Origin: Octopus sinensis
Taxonomy: Eukaryota
Reading direction: 5' to 3'
NCBI RefSeq assembly: GCF_006345805.1
Contig: NW_021833237.1
Location: forward strand, 28,993 to 92,992
Length of the DNA: 64,000 nucleotides
Shown in pieces: positions 1 to 16,718 of the stretch. The translations under genes and the position numbers were made by a program. The first letter of the stretch is position 1. Each line of letters starts with the position of its first letter. A model generated the notes under the pieces. The model did not search any database and was not told the DNA's origin. It saw only the letters and a list, made by a program, of their open reading frames with translations.

Positions 1-506
1 TAGAAAGAGTATTTTGTGAAAAGAATTCAGAATCTTTTACGAATCGAAACCGTAATACAAGCTGTGAATACCAGTAGACTTCCTTTCAATTTTCATCACT
101 CATTCTAATCCACAACTTAACACTCGTCATTCATTTTAGCTGTATATCCAGTGAGGTGATTCTGTCTGAATATTTTACATTATTGATGTCATCAGTCAAC
201 TACAGTACCTCACCATTTATCAGTTTCCAAACTCTGTTACCGGTCAACAACACAGATGTCAAGCCAATATATCTGTTGTTTTGTTTTGCTTTTTGGGGGG
301 ATGGGGGGTATCCATTTTGTTTCGTTCGTATCTATTTAGTTTTAGGTGTTCTTATTTTTTCGTTTTTTTTTGTTGTGATAAATAGTAAATAAGAATAATA
401 ATAACATTAAGAATAGTAACATATATGTCAGTATCTTGACAGACATAGATTTATAAGTGGTTTATTTGAAACGTGCGTGTTTGTGTGTGTTTGTGACTGT
501 TTGTGT

Positions 507-890
507 GGATGTGTGGTAAGTAGCTTGCTTACCAACCACATGGTTCCGGGTTCAGTCCCACTGCGTGGCATTTTGGGCAAGTGTCTTCTACTATAGCCTC
601 GGGCCGACCAAAGCCTTGTAAGTGGATTTGGTAGGCAGAAACTGAAAGAAGCCCGTCGTACATATGTATATATATATATGTGTGTGTGTCTGTGTTTGTC
701 CCCCAATATCGCTTGAAAACCGATACTGGTGTGTTTACGTCCCCGTAACTTAGCGGTTGGGCAAAAAGAGACCGATAGAATAAGTACTAGGCTTACAAGA
801 AATGAGTCCTGGGGTCGATTTGCTCGACTAAAGGCGGTGCTCAAGCATGGCCACAGTCAAATGACTGAAACAAGTAAAAGAGAAAGAGAA
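507..890 (+). mobile_element. tRNA-headed SINE, family A (full length)
   Basis: Head GTGTGGTAAGTAGCTTGCTTACCAACCACATGGTTCCGGGTTCAGTCCC, internal (TA)/(TG) microsatellite, tail AAGGCGGTGCTCAAGCATGGCCACAGTCAAATGACTGAAACAAGTAAAAGAG; more than 10 similar copies in window. Confidence 0.9.
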
Positions 891-1047
891 AGACATATAT
901 ACAGACATGTTACTAAATGTAAAAATAAACCAAAATATGTAGTGTGTGTGTGTTTGTATGTATATATACATTAATGCGTATGACATTGAAATATGCATTT
1001 TTGTAAATAAGAACAAAGAGCAGTGATCCGAGAAATGGTAATCGTGA

Positions 1048-1481
1048 ACGGTTCGCCATTACCATCTCTCGCGCTTGCTGAATCTTCTCATAAGTGGTGG
1101 AGGTTGACTGGGGCTCTGCTCTCTCTTCGCGCGTCACCCTTGTCCTGCCGCTTTTAAACTTCTCGATCCACTCATACACACTTCTGCGTGGTAGTGCGCT
1201 ATCCTTGTATTACGCTAAAAGCCTCAGATGAATATGAGTACCTGACACTCCTTCCGACCAGAGAAATCGTACCACTGCTTTCTGTTCTTCTTTGGTGGAT
1301 ATCGCGAGTGGAGCGGCGATGCTTACTCTCTAAAGCCAGAAATCGAAATGACGCGATCACGCTCAAACTTCGATCACGTAACCACAACAGTACCAAGTAT
1401 AAGCACGCATGCACAGAAGGCAGTGTGACAATAATGTTATGATATGGCGAAATTGTGGATATTTTTTGACTTCCCCTCGTA
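1048..1481 (-). mobile_element. mariner transposon 5' fragment (TIR plus decayed N-terminal HTH)
   Basis: Minus strand starts TACGAGGGGAAGTCAAAAAATATCC and encodes KEEQKAVVRFLWSEG...LPRRSVYEWIEKFKSGRT...QAREMVMANR with a stop codon. Confidence 0.85.
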
Positions 1482-1500
1482 GATTTATATATATATATAT

Positions 1501-1910
1501 CTTTTACTCTTTTACTTGTTTCAGTCATTTGACTGTGGCCATGCTGGAGCACCGCCTTTAGTCGAGCAAATCGACCCCGGGACTTATTCTTTGTAAGCCC
1601 AGTACTCATTCTATCGGTCTCTTTTGCCGAACCGCAAAGTGAAGGGGACGTAAACACACCAGCATCGGTTGTCAAGCAATGCTAGGGGGACAAACACAGA
1701 CAGACAAACACATACACACACACTTATATATATATATGCATATATACGACGGGCTTCTTTCAGTTTCCGTCTACCAAATCCACTCACAAGGCATTGGTCG
1801 ACCCGGGGCTATAGCAGGAGACACTTGCCCAAGATGCAACGCAGTGGGACTGAACCCGGAACCATGTGGTTGGTTAGCAAGCTACTTACCACACACCCAC
1901 TCCTGCGCCT
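1501..1910 (-). mobile_element. SINE family A
   Basis: Reverse-complement copy of 507-890. Confidence 0.9.
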
Positions 1911-1973
1911 ATATATCTATATTGCTAGCCACTACACATTCTTTATTTTCTCTCCCTGTTTCCTTCCGTCTTC

Positions 1974-2009
1974 CTTTCTGTGAAAGACCGTAAGGTCCGA
2001 AACGTTAAC
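1974..2009 (+). ncRNA. degenerate hammerhead-like motif
   Basis: CTG-TGA, GACC-GTAA-GGTC hairpin, GAAAC-GTT with palindromic AACGTT; core lacks A6. Confidence 0.35.
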
Positions 2010-2084
2010 AAATGTTTCAGTTCCCGAGCGTTAAACTAATACATGTCTTCGTCTTTTTTTGTGTGAATTCTCTTCATATATATT

Positions 2085-2834
2085 TACATACACACACACA
2101 TACATACATACATACGTACGTACGTATATACATACATACATGCATGCATACATACATATATACACACGCACACATACATACATACATACGTACGTACGTA
2201 TATACATACATACATGCATGCATACATGTATACATACATACATACATACATACACACATACATACATACATACATACATACATACATACATACATACATA
2301 CATACATACATACATACATACATACACACATACATACATACATACATATATACATACATACATACATACATACACATACATACATACATACATACATACA
2401 TACATACATACATACATACATGCATACATACATACATACATACATACATACATACATACATACATACATACATACACACATACATACATACATACATACG
2501 TACGTACATACATACATGCATGCATGCATGCATACATACATACATACATACATACATGCATACATGCATACATACATACATACATACATACATACATACA
2601 TACATACATACATACATACATACATACATACATACACACATACATACATACATACATACATACATACATACATACATACATACATACTAATACATACATA
2701 CATACATAATACATACATACATACATACATACATACATACATACATAATACATACATACTACATACATACATACATACATACAACATACATACAACATGC
2801 ATACATGCATACATACATACCATACATACATACA

Positions 2835-2868
<34 letters not shown>

Positions 2869-3267
2869 CATATACATACATACATACATACACATACATA
2901 CATACATGCATACATGCATACATACATATACATACATACATACATGCATACATGCATACATACATACATAATACATACATACATACATGCATACATACAT
3001 ACATACATACATACATACATACATACATACATACATACATACTACATACATACATACATACATATATACATACATACATACATACATACATACATGCATA
3101 CATGCATACATCATACATACATACATACATACATACATACATACATACATAACATACATACATACATACATACATACTACATACATACATACATACATAC
3201 ATACATACAATACATACATACATACAACATACATACATATACATACATACATACATACATACATACA

Positions 3268-3301
<34 letters not shown>

Positions 3302-3320
3302 CATATATACATACATACAC
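2085..3320. repeat. (CATA)n microsatellite, about 1.2 kb
   Basis: Direct reading; interrupted by CATG, CACA and CGTA variants. Confidence 0.98.
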
Positions 3321-4019
3321 TCAGGCATTAATGATACATTGTAACTAAAAAAAGCACACATATAGTTTTCAATTATGCACAAACCAATGAACGCGTATTA
3401 GATACATTCAGTACAGACTTTTTGTAAACTTCCAATAATTTTACTATATCGACTCAAGTATCATAAATTTTGTAAAATATTACAGCTAATGCAAATTTAA
3501 CTTTCATCGCGTACAAAATGTAAGACACACATATATTTACACAGATTCCAAATATCCTACCATAAATTTTAAAACCTTGATTAATAACATCAGTAGAAGA
3601 ATCGGAAACCTATCATCGAATAAAGAAATATTCATTAATGATGTTCTATAATTTAATTAAGCATTAAAATAATATCGGACTGAAAATAAGATCTCATATA
3701 CTCCTGAGGCTCTGGAATCCAATTTTGTGAAGAACTGCAATGATATAATCTTGTACCCTACACTTTCCTTCAATGTTAAGTCTAATATTTCTATCTAGCT
3801 TTAATAAATATCATTGCTTGGAATAATAGAGAAATCTATTGTATAGAAATAATTTTACACAAATTACAGCTGCACTATCAAGAAAACAAAATTTGATTAC
3901 ATGTAAACGAACGAAATTAACTAAGACTAAATGTATCTAAACAAACACAAACACATGTTCTCTAAAACAATAAGGAAACACTGAAGTAATTATATATTGT
4001 GCTCAAATCAGCTAAAGGG

Positions 4020-4290
4020 AATATTGTAGATAAACAGTATATATGAAGGCGGAAGGTAAATTGAAATAAACTTACTTCAAATATATTTCGTTTTTGAGAA
4101 CTAGAGAAAGCGGGAAATTATGTTCTGTACAGTTATATCAGAAGACATGACACTCATGCAGAAAAGGCGCAAAGAGTTGCGGATTATGTTCAGCTGAAAA
4201 GATACGAATACGAAGATTTGTAAATGTCAGAGAAGAAGAATTTGACAAATGTCACAGCTTCCAGAAGAAAATTCCGAAACTCAAGGAGAT
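4020..4290 (+). mobile_element. Penelope-like GIY-YIG endonuclease remnant (decayed)
   Basis: Frameshifted YI-KAEGKLK followed by SCRKGAKSCGLCSAEKIRI...VNVREEEFDKCH, resembling the C-x2-C-x2-EK C-terminal motif of Penelope-type endonucleases. Confidence 0.45.
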
Positions 4291-5412
4291 TATTCCCACC
4301 ACCCGATTGAAAGAATCGAGTCTTAGTTATTTACCAGGTGGATTCGCATGTTCTTTCCTCCCACTCTCACCCCCCTCTCTCTCTCTCTTTCTCCCTCTCC
4401 CTCTCCTTCTCTTAGCTTCTCTAGTTTTGATAGACTTTCAATCTCTTACGATAGTTTACAAAAATATTCTCATTAACGTGTTAAAATTTCCAATCCTACA
4501 AATGTATAAAATTTCCACCCCGAATGTTTTTTATTATATCCTGCGTACTACAGTATCTTGTTCTTGAATGTTTCTTCTGTTCTTTTGTAAAATCATACAG
4601 GTTTCATATTTCTAACGTTCTAAGCAGGAACGTTGGTCTTCATGTCCATCTTTCATAAAACTAAGATGGAGACGAACACCAAGGCCCTATGCACAAAATA
4701 CCTGATTATTGTAAAAAGATATGCCCAGCTGTATCGACCTTTAGCTTTCCCTGGGACAACGTCAGTAGCATGGAGACGGGAGGCTCGTATGCATGAGCGA
4801 CTGCTGGTTTTCCCTAAGCAACCGGGGATTTATTTTCGAGGTGCGATCACAAGGTCATTCATGACCGGGGTAGATCTTTACTTATACTTTACTCTATTAC
4901 ATCGCTCAGTCTTCTCTACAACATTACTTCTCTATTTTATTGACATCGAAAATATACAGGGTTAGTGTGATCTTGGCAGGTCTTGAAGTAAGTGAATAAA
5001 ACCAGAGCATATGGCCCTTTAACAATTAGTCTTATGCACCACCGTATTACAAGTATATGCAACTCGGAGAACACACTAAAAGAATCTTTACAAGACTAGT
5101 GTGTGATATGATATGTTATAAAGATCTATACACCAATATATTGGAATAGATGTAGGAATGATGTTATATAATGTCAAAAGACCATGGATTCCCCAGATAT
5201 ATATATATCGCCCTAAATACATATCTTTGGATAATTATGTTTGCGTGTTTCTCTTTGTGTGTGTGTGTGTGTGTGTGCATTTGTGTGTGTGTATGTGTGT
5301 GAGAGAGATAGAGTCCCTTACTGCTTGAGTGAGTGTGTGTGTATGTGTGTGTGTGTGTGTGTGTCGGTGTCAGATTTCGTTTTATGATGTGTGTTTCTGT
5401 AGGTTCATGCAT

Positions 5413-5574
5413 AGGCGTAGAAGTGGCTGTGTGGTGAGTAGCTTGCTTACGAACCACATGCTTCTGGGTTCAGTCCCACTGCGTGGCACCTTGGACAAGC
5501 GTCTTCTACTATAGTCTCGGGACAACCAAAGCCTTGTGAGTGGATTTGGTAGACGGAAACTGAAAGAGCCCGTC

Positions 5575-5655
<81 letters not shown>

Positions 5656-5884
5656 GTACGTGTGTGTATATGTTTGTGTGTCTGTGTTTGTCACCCCAAC
5701 ATCGCTTGACAACCGATGCTGGTGTGTTTACGTCCTCATAACTTAGCAGTTCGGCAAAAGAAACCAATAGAATAAGTACTAGGCTTACAGAGAAAAAGTC
5801 CTGGGGTCGATTTGTTCAACTAAAGGCGGTGCTCCAGCATGACCACAGTCAAATGACCGAAACAAGTGAAAGAGTAAAAGAGTA
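5413..5884 (+). mobile_element. SINE family A with expanded internal (TA)n
   Basis: Same head and tail as 507-890. Confidence 0.9.
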
Positions 5885-6669
5885 TTAACCATGAATAGGC
5901 AACGTAATGTGTGTGTACAATAGCATGAGTACCCTCTTTTTTTTGTATTCGTTTCACTGTTCATGCATGCTTTTATTGTGTCTTAACGTGTTTAAATGTG
6001 TGTATTTATGAGTGTGTACGCGTGCATATGTGTGTGTGTGTGTGTGCGTGTGTATGCGTGCATGTGTAGGTCATGTTTCGCGTGTAACTGCACGTCTGTA
6101 TGTCTGCACATGCAACTTCGTATGCAAGTACGTGTGTGTTTAAGACCAGAGTCATTTCCCTAGAATTTGATGGTTATTACTCGCTCTTTTGCCAGATTTA
6201 TTGGCAGCTGAGGATTCCCACCTGCATATAAATAAATAAATAAACAAATAAATAAACAAATCAAATAGATATTTGCTAAACAAAAAAAAGAATTCAAAAA
6301 CGAAAAAAAAAACACAGATATAACAAAAATAAATCATATCAGTAAAAAAAAACATAAATAAATACACAAGAGCTAAAAACTAAGTCAACCATAGAAAATT
6401 GCTCTTGCTTAACAAGGTCCCATGTGAGTAAGAAAGGGGGGGAGGAGAGGAGTGGTAGGAGTAAAACGTGAACGCAAGCAGGTTGTGTTTTACCAGTTTA
6501 GGTTAATTAACTTCACAACAGTATATTGATCATTCCTTGCTGCAAAAATAAAGAAAGGATATCAAAAAGAAACCACCTGTAACAATTATAAGCCTCTCAC
6601 TCATTATTTCCTCATATTCATTGTTTTTGGCCTGTTATTTTTGTTTCTTTTCTTTCAATACATATCCCT

Positions 6670-6676
6670 TTCCTGA

Positions 6677-6744
<68 letters not shown>

Positions 6745-6985
6745 TTATTTATCTATTTGTCTGTTTTCTGTCTATTTATCTATCGTTCTGTCTGATTATA
6801 TATATATCTATCTTTCTATCTATTTGTCTGTCTGTCTCTTTGCCTGCCTGTCCATTTATCTATCTGTGTACCTATATATCTATCTATTTACTTATTTGTC
6901 TGTCTATCTGCTTGTCTATCTATTTATCTATCTATCCATCAATCTATCCATCCATATATTTATCAATCTAACTATCCATTTATTC

Positions 6986-7080
<95 letters not shown>

Positions 7081-7090
7081 CACACACATA
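6670..7090. repeat. (CTAT)n / (CT)n / (TA)n compound microsatellite
   Basis: Direct reading. Confidence 0.9.
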
Positions 7091-7199
7091 CACACACATC
7101 CATCTTTTTCTTTAAACTCTTTCACTTAAACCTCATTCCCTATATCTCTTTTTTTCTTTCCTTTTCCTCTGCTGATTTGTAAACGTCTTCATTTCCATC

Positions 7200-9860
<2,661 letters not shown>

Positions 9861-10265
9861 TCATTAGAATTTACGACGATGCAATTTTTACCACTTTCTC
9901 TTTCTTCACTAATGTGTTTATTGCTATTATTTTTCTGCTTTCAACACCGCCTGTACTTCGGTTCTCTATTTCGGCCTTGGGGACCCTTTCCAGTATTCTA
10001 AAGGTAGAATATCGTTGAACCCTTACAACTGTCTGTATGAGTTTAGCTTTCTGTCTAGTTTTCAAAATGCTTTAACTGCGTCCGCGCAAGTCTATGTCAG
10101 CACTTTACCGTCAACACACACACACACACACACACCACGTTTGCATTCACACATATGTAAGTATATATGTATACATATTACAATTCTATATTTAAGAGTT
10201 GAGGAATTATGTACGTTATTTACATTATTTACATTGGACGGACATTTCTCCTCATCTTGTTTGTT

Positions 10266-10311
10266 AACACAATGTTTCGTCTGATATACCCTCCAGCCTT
10301 CTTCAGGTGTC
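10266..10311 (-). ncRNA. minimal type-I hammerhead ribozyme motif (family E)
   Basis: GACAC-CUGAAGA-A-GGCUG(loop)CAGAC-GAAAC-AUU-GUGUU; catalytic core intact, one mismatch each in stems II and III. Confidence 0.7.
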
Positions 10312-10382
10312 TTGAGGAAATTTCGAACCTGGGTTCTCATTCCTAAGGTATTTTTCGATGTTGTTGTTATTATTATTATTAT

Positions 10383-10436
<54 letters not shown>

Positions 10437-10492
10437 CAGCAGTAGTAGTAGTAGTAGTAGTAGTAGTTAGTAGTAGTAGTAGTAGTGGTATT

Positions 10493-10981
10493 GAGTGAGA
10501 GAGCAGTGCATGCCATCAAAGTGACACTGGGGTAAAATATACGAAGCCCAGTATACCCATCATGACTACCCGTCTGATAAGGGTACACTAGGCACATGCA
10601 TCACAATCATGTGTGCGCGGCATGGTGATCTTATATCAAGATAAACAACGTATGACCTTACAGGTGGGACTCAATTAGAATTTTCTTCTGATCGAGTAGC
10701 CCTTCTCGCTCAAAAGTTCCCTGAATAAGGGTTGTTTAAGGATGTTGAACGAACCACCCATGTTTCCAAAGGTGAATTATCCAAACCTCTAAGAATTCCT
10801 TTCAACGCACGGCTATGACGTTTCCCCACTACTTCTGCTCATGATCAGAGATGCACATATCGTCAGCCACTAAGGGACATGCTCAGCTGGTTAAGGTCAA
10901 ACAACTGACAAGCAAATTTGTGGTATTGAGCAGAATATTTGCTGTAGCCCATCTTTTATACCAAGACAAAACAATGTACAT
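10493..10981 (-). mobile_element. Family C non-coding element in (AAT)n tract
   Basis: About 490 bp; sense 3' end CTCTCTCACTC followed by AAT; seven copies in window. Confidence 0.9.
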
Positions 10982-11012
10982 GATAATACTATAATTATTA
11001 TTATTATTATTA

Positions 11013-11122
<110 letters not shown>

Positions 11123-11141
11123 TCACTGCTTGGAATCGAAC

Positions 11142-11740
11142 CATCGACCATATCACAAACGAATGCCCTAGACTTGCCCAAAACCACTACAAGCTGTGAC
11201 GAGACGATCAGGTAGCGAAAGTGATCCATTGGAAACTGTGCGATAAGTGGGTGCTTGGGAGAGGAAAGACGTGTCATGGGCACAAACCGCAGAAAGTGAC
11301 GGAGTCGGAGACTGGCAAAATCCTCTGGGACTTCCCAGCCCTAACAGATCAGGTGCTAGATCTTACAGACCAGACCTAATGGTGGACGACAAGATGCACA
11401 TGTACTATATAGTTGATGTTGCATATCCCTTTGATTCACGAATATTCAAGAAGGAAGACGAAAATATAGATACGACCCTCTTAAGTACGAAATAGCCCGG
11501 ATATGGAAAATGAAGTAGGTGAAGATAGTGCCAATTAATGTTGGGTCCTTGGGGACAGTATCAGAAGGCATCAAGAGGAATATAAAGGATACTGGAATAG
11601 CGTGTCCAGTACAAATAGCTTTCCTCCTTGGCACAGCTAGAATAAGCAGGAAAGTATTAGATAGTTGGAAAAGAATGGATTATATGCTGTCGTAGGCTTC
11701 ACGTAGCAAGCACGAAACGCATGCAAACCACCAGGAGCTC
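11142..11740 (+). mobile_element. R4/Dong-like RLE retrotransposon 3' fragment (subfamily 2)
   Basis: TIDHITNECPRLAQ...DQVAKVIHWKLC and YRPDLMVDD...IVDVAYPFD (PD..D restriction-like endonuclease), decayed. Confidence 0.8.
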
Positions 11741-11907
11741 CAAGAAATCTTGTGATAAAAACAAATATTAATAACGTTAATAGTTGAAGGATGAGTTTCA
11801 TAAAAGTTTTAACGCATCGCTACGCGCGTTTCGACTAAATTGCATGTTGCTTGTGACCATTATCCGCATGCATAGGATGATGACCATATAATAACTAATA
11901 TCCATGG

Positions 11908-11967
<60 letters not shown>

Positions 11968-12219
11968 GTCCTCAGGTCACACGGAAGATTAATTTGAAGA
12001 AAACTAAAAGAGCATTTCACATCTTCATATGAAATATCTTAGAATTGACTTAAATTTAAATGTCGTAAACTTACAAAACATACAATAATAATACGTTCAC
12101 CTTGTTTTATTTATCATGTCTGTGTTTGGCAAACTTGCATAAAACGTTTTCTCTAAAAAATCTCACGATTTAGATTTCCAAAGTAGTTTTTTATTGCTTT
12201 GAATATCCTTAACAATTTT

Positions 12220-13022
12220 AGCCGGCAAGCTGGCAGAGTCGTTAGCAGGCCAGGTAAAATTCTTAGCAGCATTTCATCCGTCTTCGCGGTCTGAGTTCGA
12301 ATTTCTTCCATTATTTCGTGGTCGAAAAACAGAATATCGAGTAAGCACTGGTGTCCATGTAATCGCTTTGCCCTCTTTCTCGAAAATGGTGGCCTTGTGC
12401 TAAAATTTGAAATCAATATTGCTGCTGTTTAAGGTGGCAAGCTAACAGAATGGTTAACACGCTGCGAAAAATGCTCAGCATCATTTCTTCCCTCTTTGCG
12501 TTCTGTGTTCAAATTCCACCGAGGTCGACTATGCCATTCATCCTTTTGGGGGAAAGTCGATAAATTAAGTACCAGTTGAGCATTGGGATCGATGTAATCG
12601 ACTTACCCATTCTTCCAAACTCGCTGGTCTTATGCTAAAATTTTAGACCAATATTCTTAGCGGACTGAGGTATCTGTTGTGGTATATCTTTGGAGAACAA
12701 CTGAACTTCTGAGTTCGATCTTGAGCAAATGTATTGTCTGGGATCACCTCATACTTTCTCAATCGATTTTGTTTGGTGGAAACTGTATAGACGCGGCAAG
12801 CTGGGAGAAACGTTAGCAAGCCGGGCGAAATGCTTAGCAGCATTTCGTCTGGCAATATGTTCTGAGTTCAAATTCCGCCGTGGTCGACTTTGCCTTTCAT
12901 CCTTTCGAGGTCGATAAATTAACTACCATTTACGCACTGGGGTTGATATAATCGACTTAATCCCTTTGTCTGTCCTTATTTGTTCCCTCTATGTTTATCC
13001 CCTTGTGGGCAATAAAGAAATA
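12220..13022 (+). mobile_element. Cluster of SINE family B copies
   Basis: Repeated GGCGAGCTGGCAGAA..TTAGC..GAGTTCAAATTCCGCC-GAGGTCGACTTTGCCTTTCATCCTTTCGGGGTCGATAAATTAAGTACCAG-like sequence. Confidence 0.8.
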
Positions 13023-13606
13023 GCAAACTGTATAGAATCCCATTGTTTGGATCGTTCTAGAAATTCAAAGATATAACTTGGTTTCATTCAGATATTATGA
13101 CCGATTTATTCTGCTTTAGAATTACATTGACGGTACACGTGACTGTGAAATGCTCAGTCACTTGCACGCTAATTCAAAAGCCCGTAATTCAGTTGATCCA
13201 ACGAAGCAGTCCTCGACGTCAAACGACGGATAACCGCCATCATCTGTGGCATATAGAAATTCCATTTTCTGATGATTCAATGATTTGTACATGAGTCATT
13301 AAATACAACAGCGATCTTGTAAATAATAACAAATAAAAATTTGGCTTTAAATAATGTAACAAATCATTCATTAAAATCTGCGACAACATTTCCAATATTG
13401 AAAAGCAAAAAGAAAAAAAAAAGAAAAGAAATTTGAGATCGCTAAAAGTCAATAGTGTCAAGAAACCAATATCATCTTATGTTATTTATCAAGGGTTTCC
13501 TTCTCTTTTTTTTTTCTTTTTTGTTATATTTAGTAAAAATTAACGTTCGTTTAAGAATTCACTGTAGAAAGTCATGCTTTAAATATAAAGATATCGCACA
13601 ATCTAC

Positions 13607-13644
<38 letters not shown>

Positions 13645-13687
13645 TATGTGCGTGCGCGCGTGTGTGTGTGTGTGCGTGTGTGTGTGC

Positions 13688-13720
<33 letters not shown>

Positions 13721-13739
13721 GATATATATATATATATAT

Positions 13740-13772
<33 letters not shown>

Positions 13773-14341
13773 ATATGGGGGCTTGGTTCTCTGGTGATCT
13801 AAACGAATAGGTACGCTGGGTAAGTGCTGTAAAGGATTATCAGAGTTCGAAGCTCGTTACTCAGACGGGAGCTATGGATCCATCTTAGGTTTCCGATTTA
13901 ACAGATATATATTTGTGAAAGAGGACAACAAACACCGAGGCATAACAAGCATCTCAGCTCACATACGTTATTCTATATTATTTCTAAATTAGTTGAGGTC
14001 TTACAGCTGCTTCTGGGATATCTCGAATGATAGGTGAGTGTGCATGGATATTGGGTATTCCGTCATCAGAGACAAGGAAAAAATATATGAAAGATATAAA
14101 CATGGAAACATTCAGATAAAAGGTCTAGACTTGGAATTTTCGCAGATAATAAGCTCTAAAATAGATGATTAGAGAGTAAGAAAATAAGGAAATGAAGTTC
14201 ACAGTTCATTTTTCAGAGGGTATAGATGTTGGTCCGTATATCCTTAGGTAAAACCGAAGGTAAATCCAGGCAGTATTACAGCAAAGTTTGACTCGTATGT
14301 TCACAGCATAAATATTTATTCATCGATAAAAAAATCCGTCA

Positions 14342-14550
14342 AGGCGGCGAGCTGGCAGAAACGTTAGCATGCCGGGCGAAACACTTAGTGGTATTTTGTC
14401 TGCCGCTACGTTCTGAGTTCAAATTCCGCCGAGGTCGACTTTGTCTTTCATCCTTTCGGGATCGATAAATTAAGTACCAGGCCCGTACTAGGTCGATCTC
14501 ATCGACTGGCCCCCTCCCCCAAAAACATGTCTCAAACAGGTGTCGTGAAC
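14342..14550 (+). mobile_element. SINE family B
   Basis: Full head and central CCTTTCGGG..GATAAATTAAGTACCAG domain. Confidence 0.9.
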
Positions 14551-14894
14551 CATAATCCATTTGTGATTTTTCTTTATGTAAACACCATACCTGTAGAGTT
14601 TCTTTGTGTTGGATCTGGAACTTATATTGGATCATAAAACTGCATGCCGACTTGCCTGAGTATATAATTTCATGTACATGTATATGTAAGTGTAAAAATC
14701 TGGGTATATACAGATGTGTTTGTACATGGTGTATACATGGATGTACAGTTCTCGTCCGTTGCTTGGTGTCCTTAATATTATACATACGTACATACATATA
14801 TACGTACATATATATATAAACTAACGATTTAATTTCACATTACTTAAAGATCTTTGTGCGTAAGACACAACTAACCCGTTAAATGTTCAGATAC

Positions 14895-14994
14895 TTGTGA
14901 ATGGATTTGGTATCGGGAAACTGAATGGAAGCCCATTGTACATGTGTTTGTGTCTGTCTGTGTCTGTTTCTGTGTGCGTGTGTGTGTGTGTGTG

Positions 14995-15026
<32 letters not shown>

Positions 15027-15260
15027 GTATCTGTCCGTCTTTCTGCCCGGTTGTCTGTGTTTTTATGTCTGTGTTTGGCCTCTCTGCATCGTTTCATTAC
15101 CGACTTTGAGTCTTTTACAGCTCTGCAATTTAGATTTTCGACAGAATAAGTATCAGATTTTAAAATATGTACTGGGGTCGATTTGTTCGACTAAACCCTT
15201 AAGGCAGTGCCTCATCACGGCCGCAGTGCAAAGACTAAAACCAGTTTCAACAAGTAAAAA
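14895..15260 (+). mobile_element. Diverged SINE family A variant
   Basis: GTGAATGGATTTGGTA..GGAAACTGAA, (TG)n, GGGGTCGATTTGTTCGACTAAA tail. Confidence 0.6.
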
Positions 15261-15409
15261 AAACAAAAATTATCTGTTAATAAGATCATAATTGTGCACT
15301 TCAGTATACCTTATATACGAACTGATACAGAAACAAATCTATTCTGAGCTGATTTTACAATACTTGTACTTTCGGGAGTATGTTGGCCAGTTAGCAGATA
15401 CTTACTTTG

Positions 15410-15714
15410 TTTGTTTGTTGCTTCTCAAGCCACGCCTGGCTCATAACGGCCGGCTTCCCGGTTTCCTTGGCGTATAGGTTCCCCACCTAGACGGGACGCC
15501 GGTCCGTCGCAGGTGAGCTGCAAGATGCAGGAAGTAAGGGCGAGGGAAAGTTGTGGCGAAAGAGTCAGCAAAATTTCGCCATTACCTTCTACCGGAGCCG
15601 CGTGGAGCTTAGGTGTTTCGCTCATAAACACACACATCGCTCGGTCTGAGATTCGAACCCGAGATCCCTCGACCGCGAGTCCACTGCTCTAACCACCAGG
15701 CCATGCGTCTCCAC
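15410..15714 (-). mobile_element. tRNA-headed SINE family F
   Basis: Minus-strand head TGGCCTGGTGGTTAGAGCAGTGGACTCGCGGTCG...GGGTTCGAATCTC; related copies at 16445 and 40235. Confidence 0.8.
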
Positions 15715-16444
15715 TTAGCAGATACTATTTCCCAATAATTACTCTATGAAAGAATTAATGTATTTTAGTTTACATAATATATTAAAAAGTTCATTTCATA
15801 CCCTGTTCTGAGTTTCTTTAGTATCTTTGTTTTAATTTTGTTGGTTCATTAAGTTTTCCAGAAACTCAATTGAAAACAAACGAATATATTTCACATGAAC
15901 TATAGACTATGATATTAAATAAACGTTCAGACAACTGTTGAAAACAACATAGAAACAGCTTCTCTGTTTACAGCTTCAGTTAAAATTAAACAGTATTCTG
16001 TATATACAATTCTATATTAATGAAACTGAAATGTAATTTCACGAATCAATATTGATAATAACGGATGCAAGTGTATCTAATTTCGTGGTTCTACTAATCT
16101 AAGCAAAACAAGAAAGTGTGTAGGATTATATTGAGGAGAGAAAATTAGAGAGAGACAAATGGAGTCGATGAAGGTGAGAGAGTGTGAAAGGAAAACACAA
16201 ATATTGTAACAAAGAGAAGACAAAAGGGACAGAGCAAAATGTAACACAAGTTGGATGCGGAGCACAATAAGGAAAGAAAAAGATATAGACAGTAAAATTT
16301 TAACTCACATTTGTAATAATATACGTGTATGCACGTGTGTGTACTTATGTATGGGGGTACATATGAAGAGTATGTATGTAGATACATGTAGATAAACATA
16401 TCGGCATGTATTTTCGTATAAATATACATAAAACGATAAACGTC

Positions 16445-16590
16445 GCCCTTTTCAAGCCTAGCCAGAGCTTCGTGGAGCTTTTAGGGTTTTTTCGCACAAT
16501 AAACACACACAACGCGGGGTCTGGGAATCGAAACTACGATTCTCCGACCGCGAGTCCGCTGCCCTAACCACTGCGCCATTGCACCTCCAC
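16445..16590 (-). mobile_element. SINE family F
   Basis: Head homologous to 15600-15714. Confidence 0.75.
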
Positions 16591-16635
16591 TCATAAATGT
16601 ATATACTTATATATATATATATATATATATGTGTG

Positions 16636-16679
<44 letters not shown>

Positions 16680-16718
16680 CCCTCCAGTTTCTCGTAACTT
16701 ATCATCTTACGTTAAATA

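Noticed and set aside
2012-3382. Long ORFs of 200-400 aa (HTYI/MYVC repeats)
   Set aside because: Read-through of the (CATA)n microsatellite in several frames on both strands; the same applies to poly-I/L/M/Y/H ORFs at 7660-9864, 27336-28171 and elsewhere.
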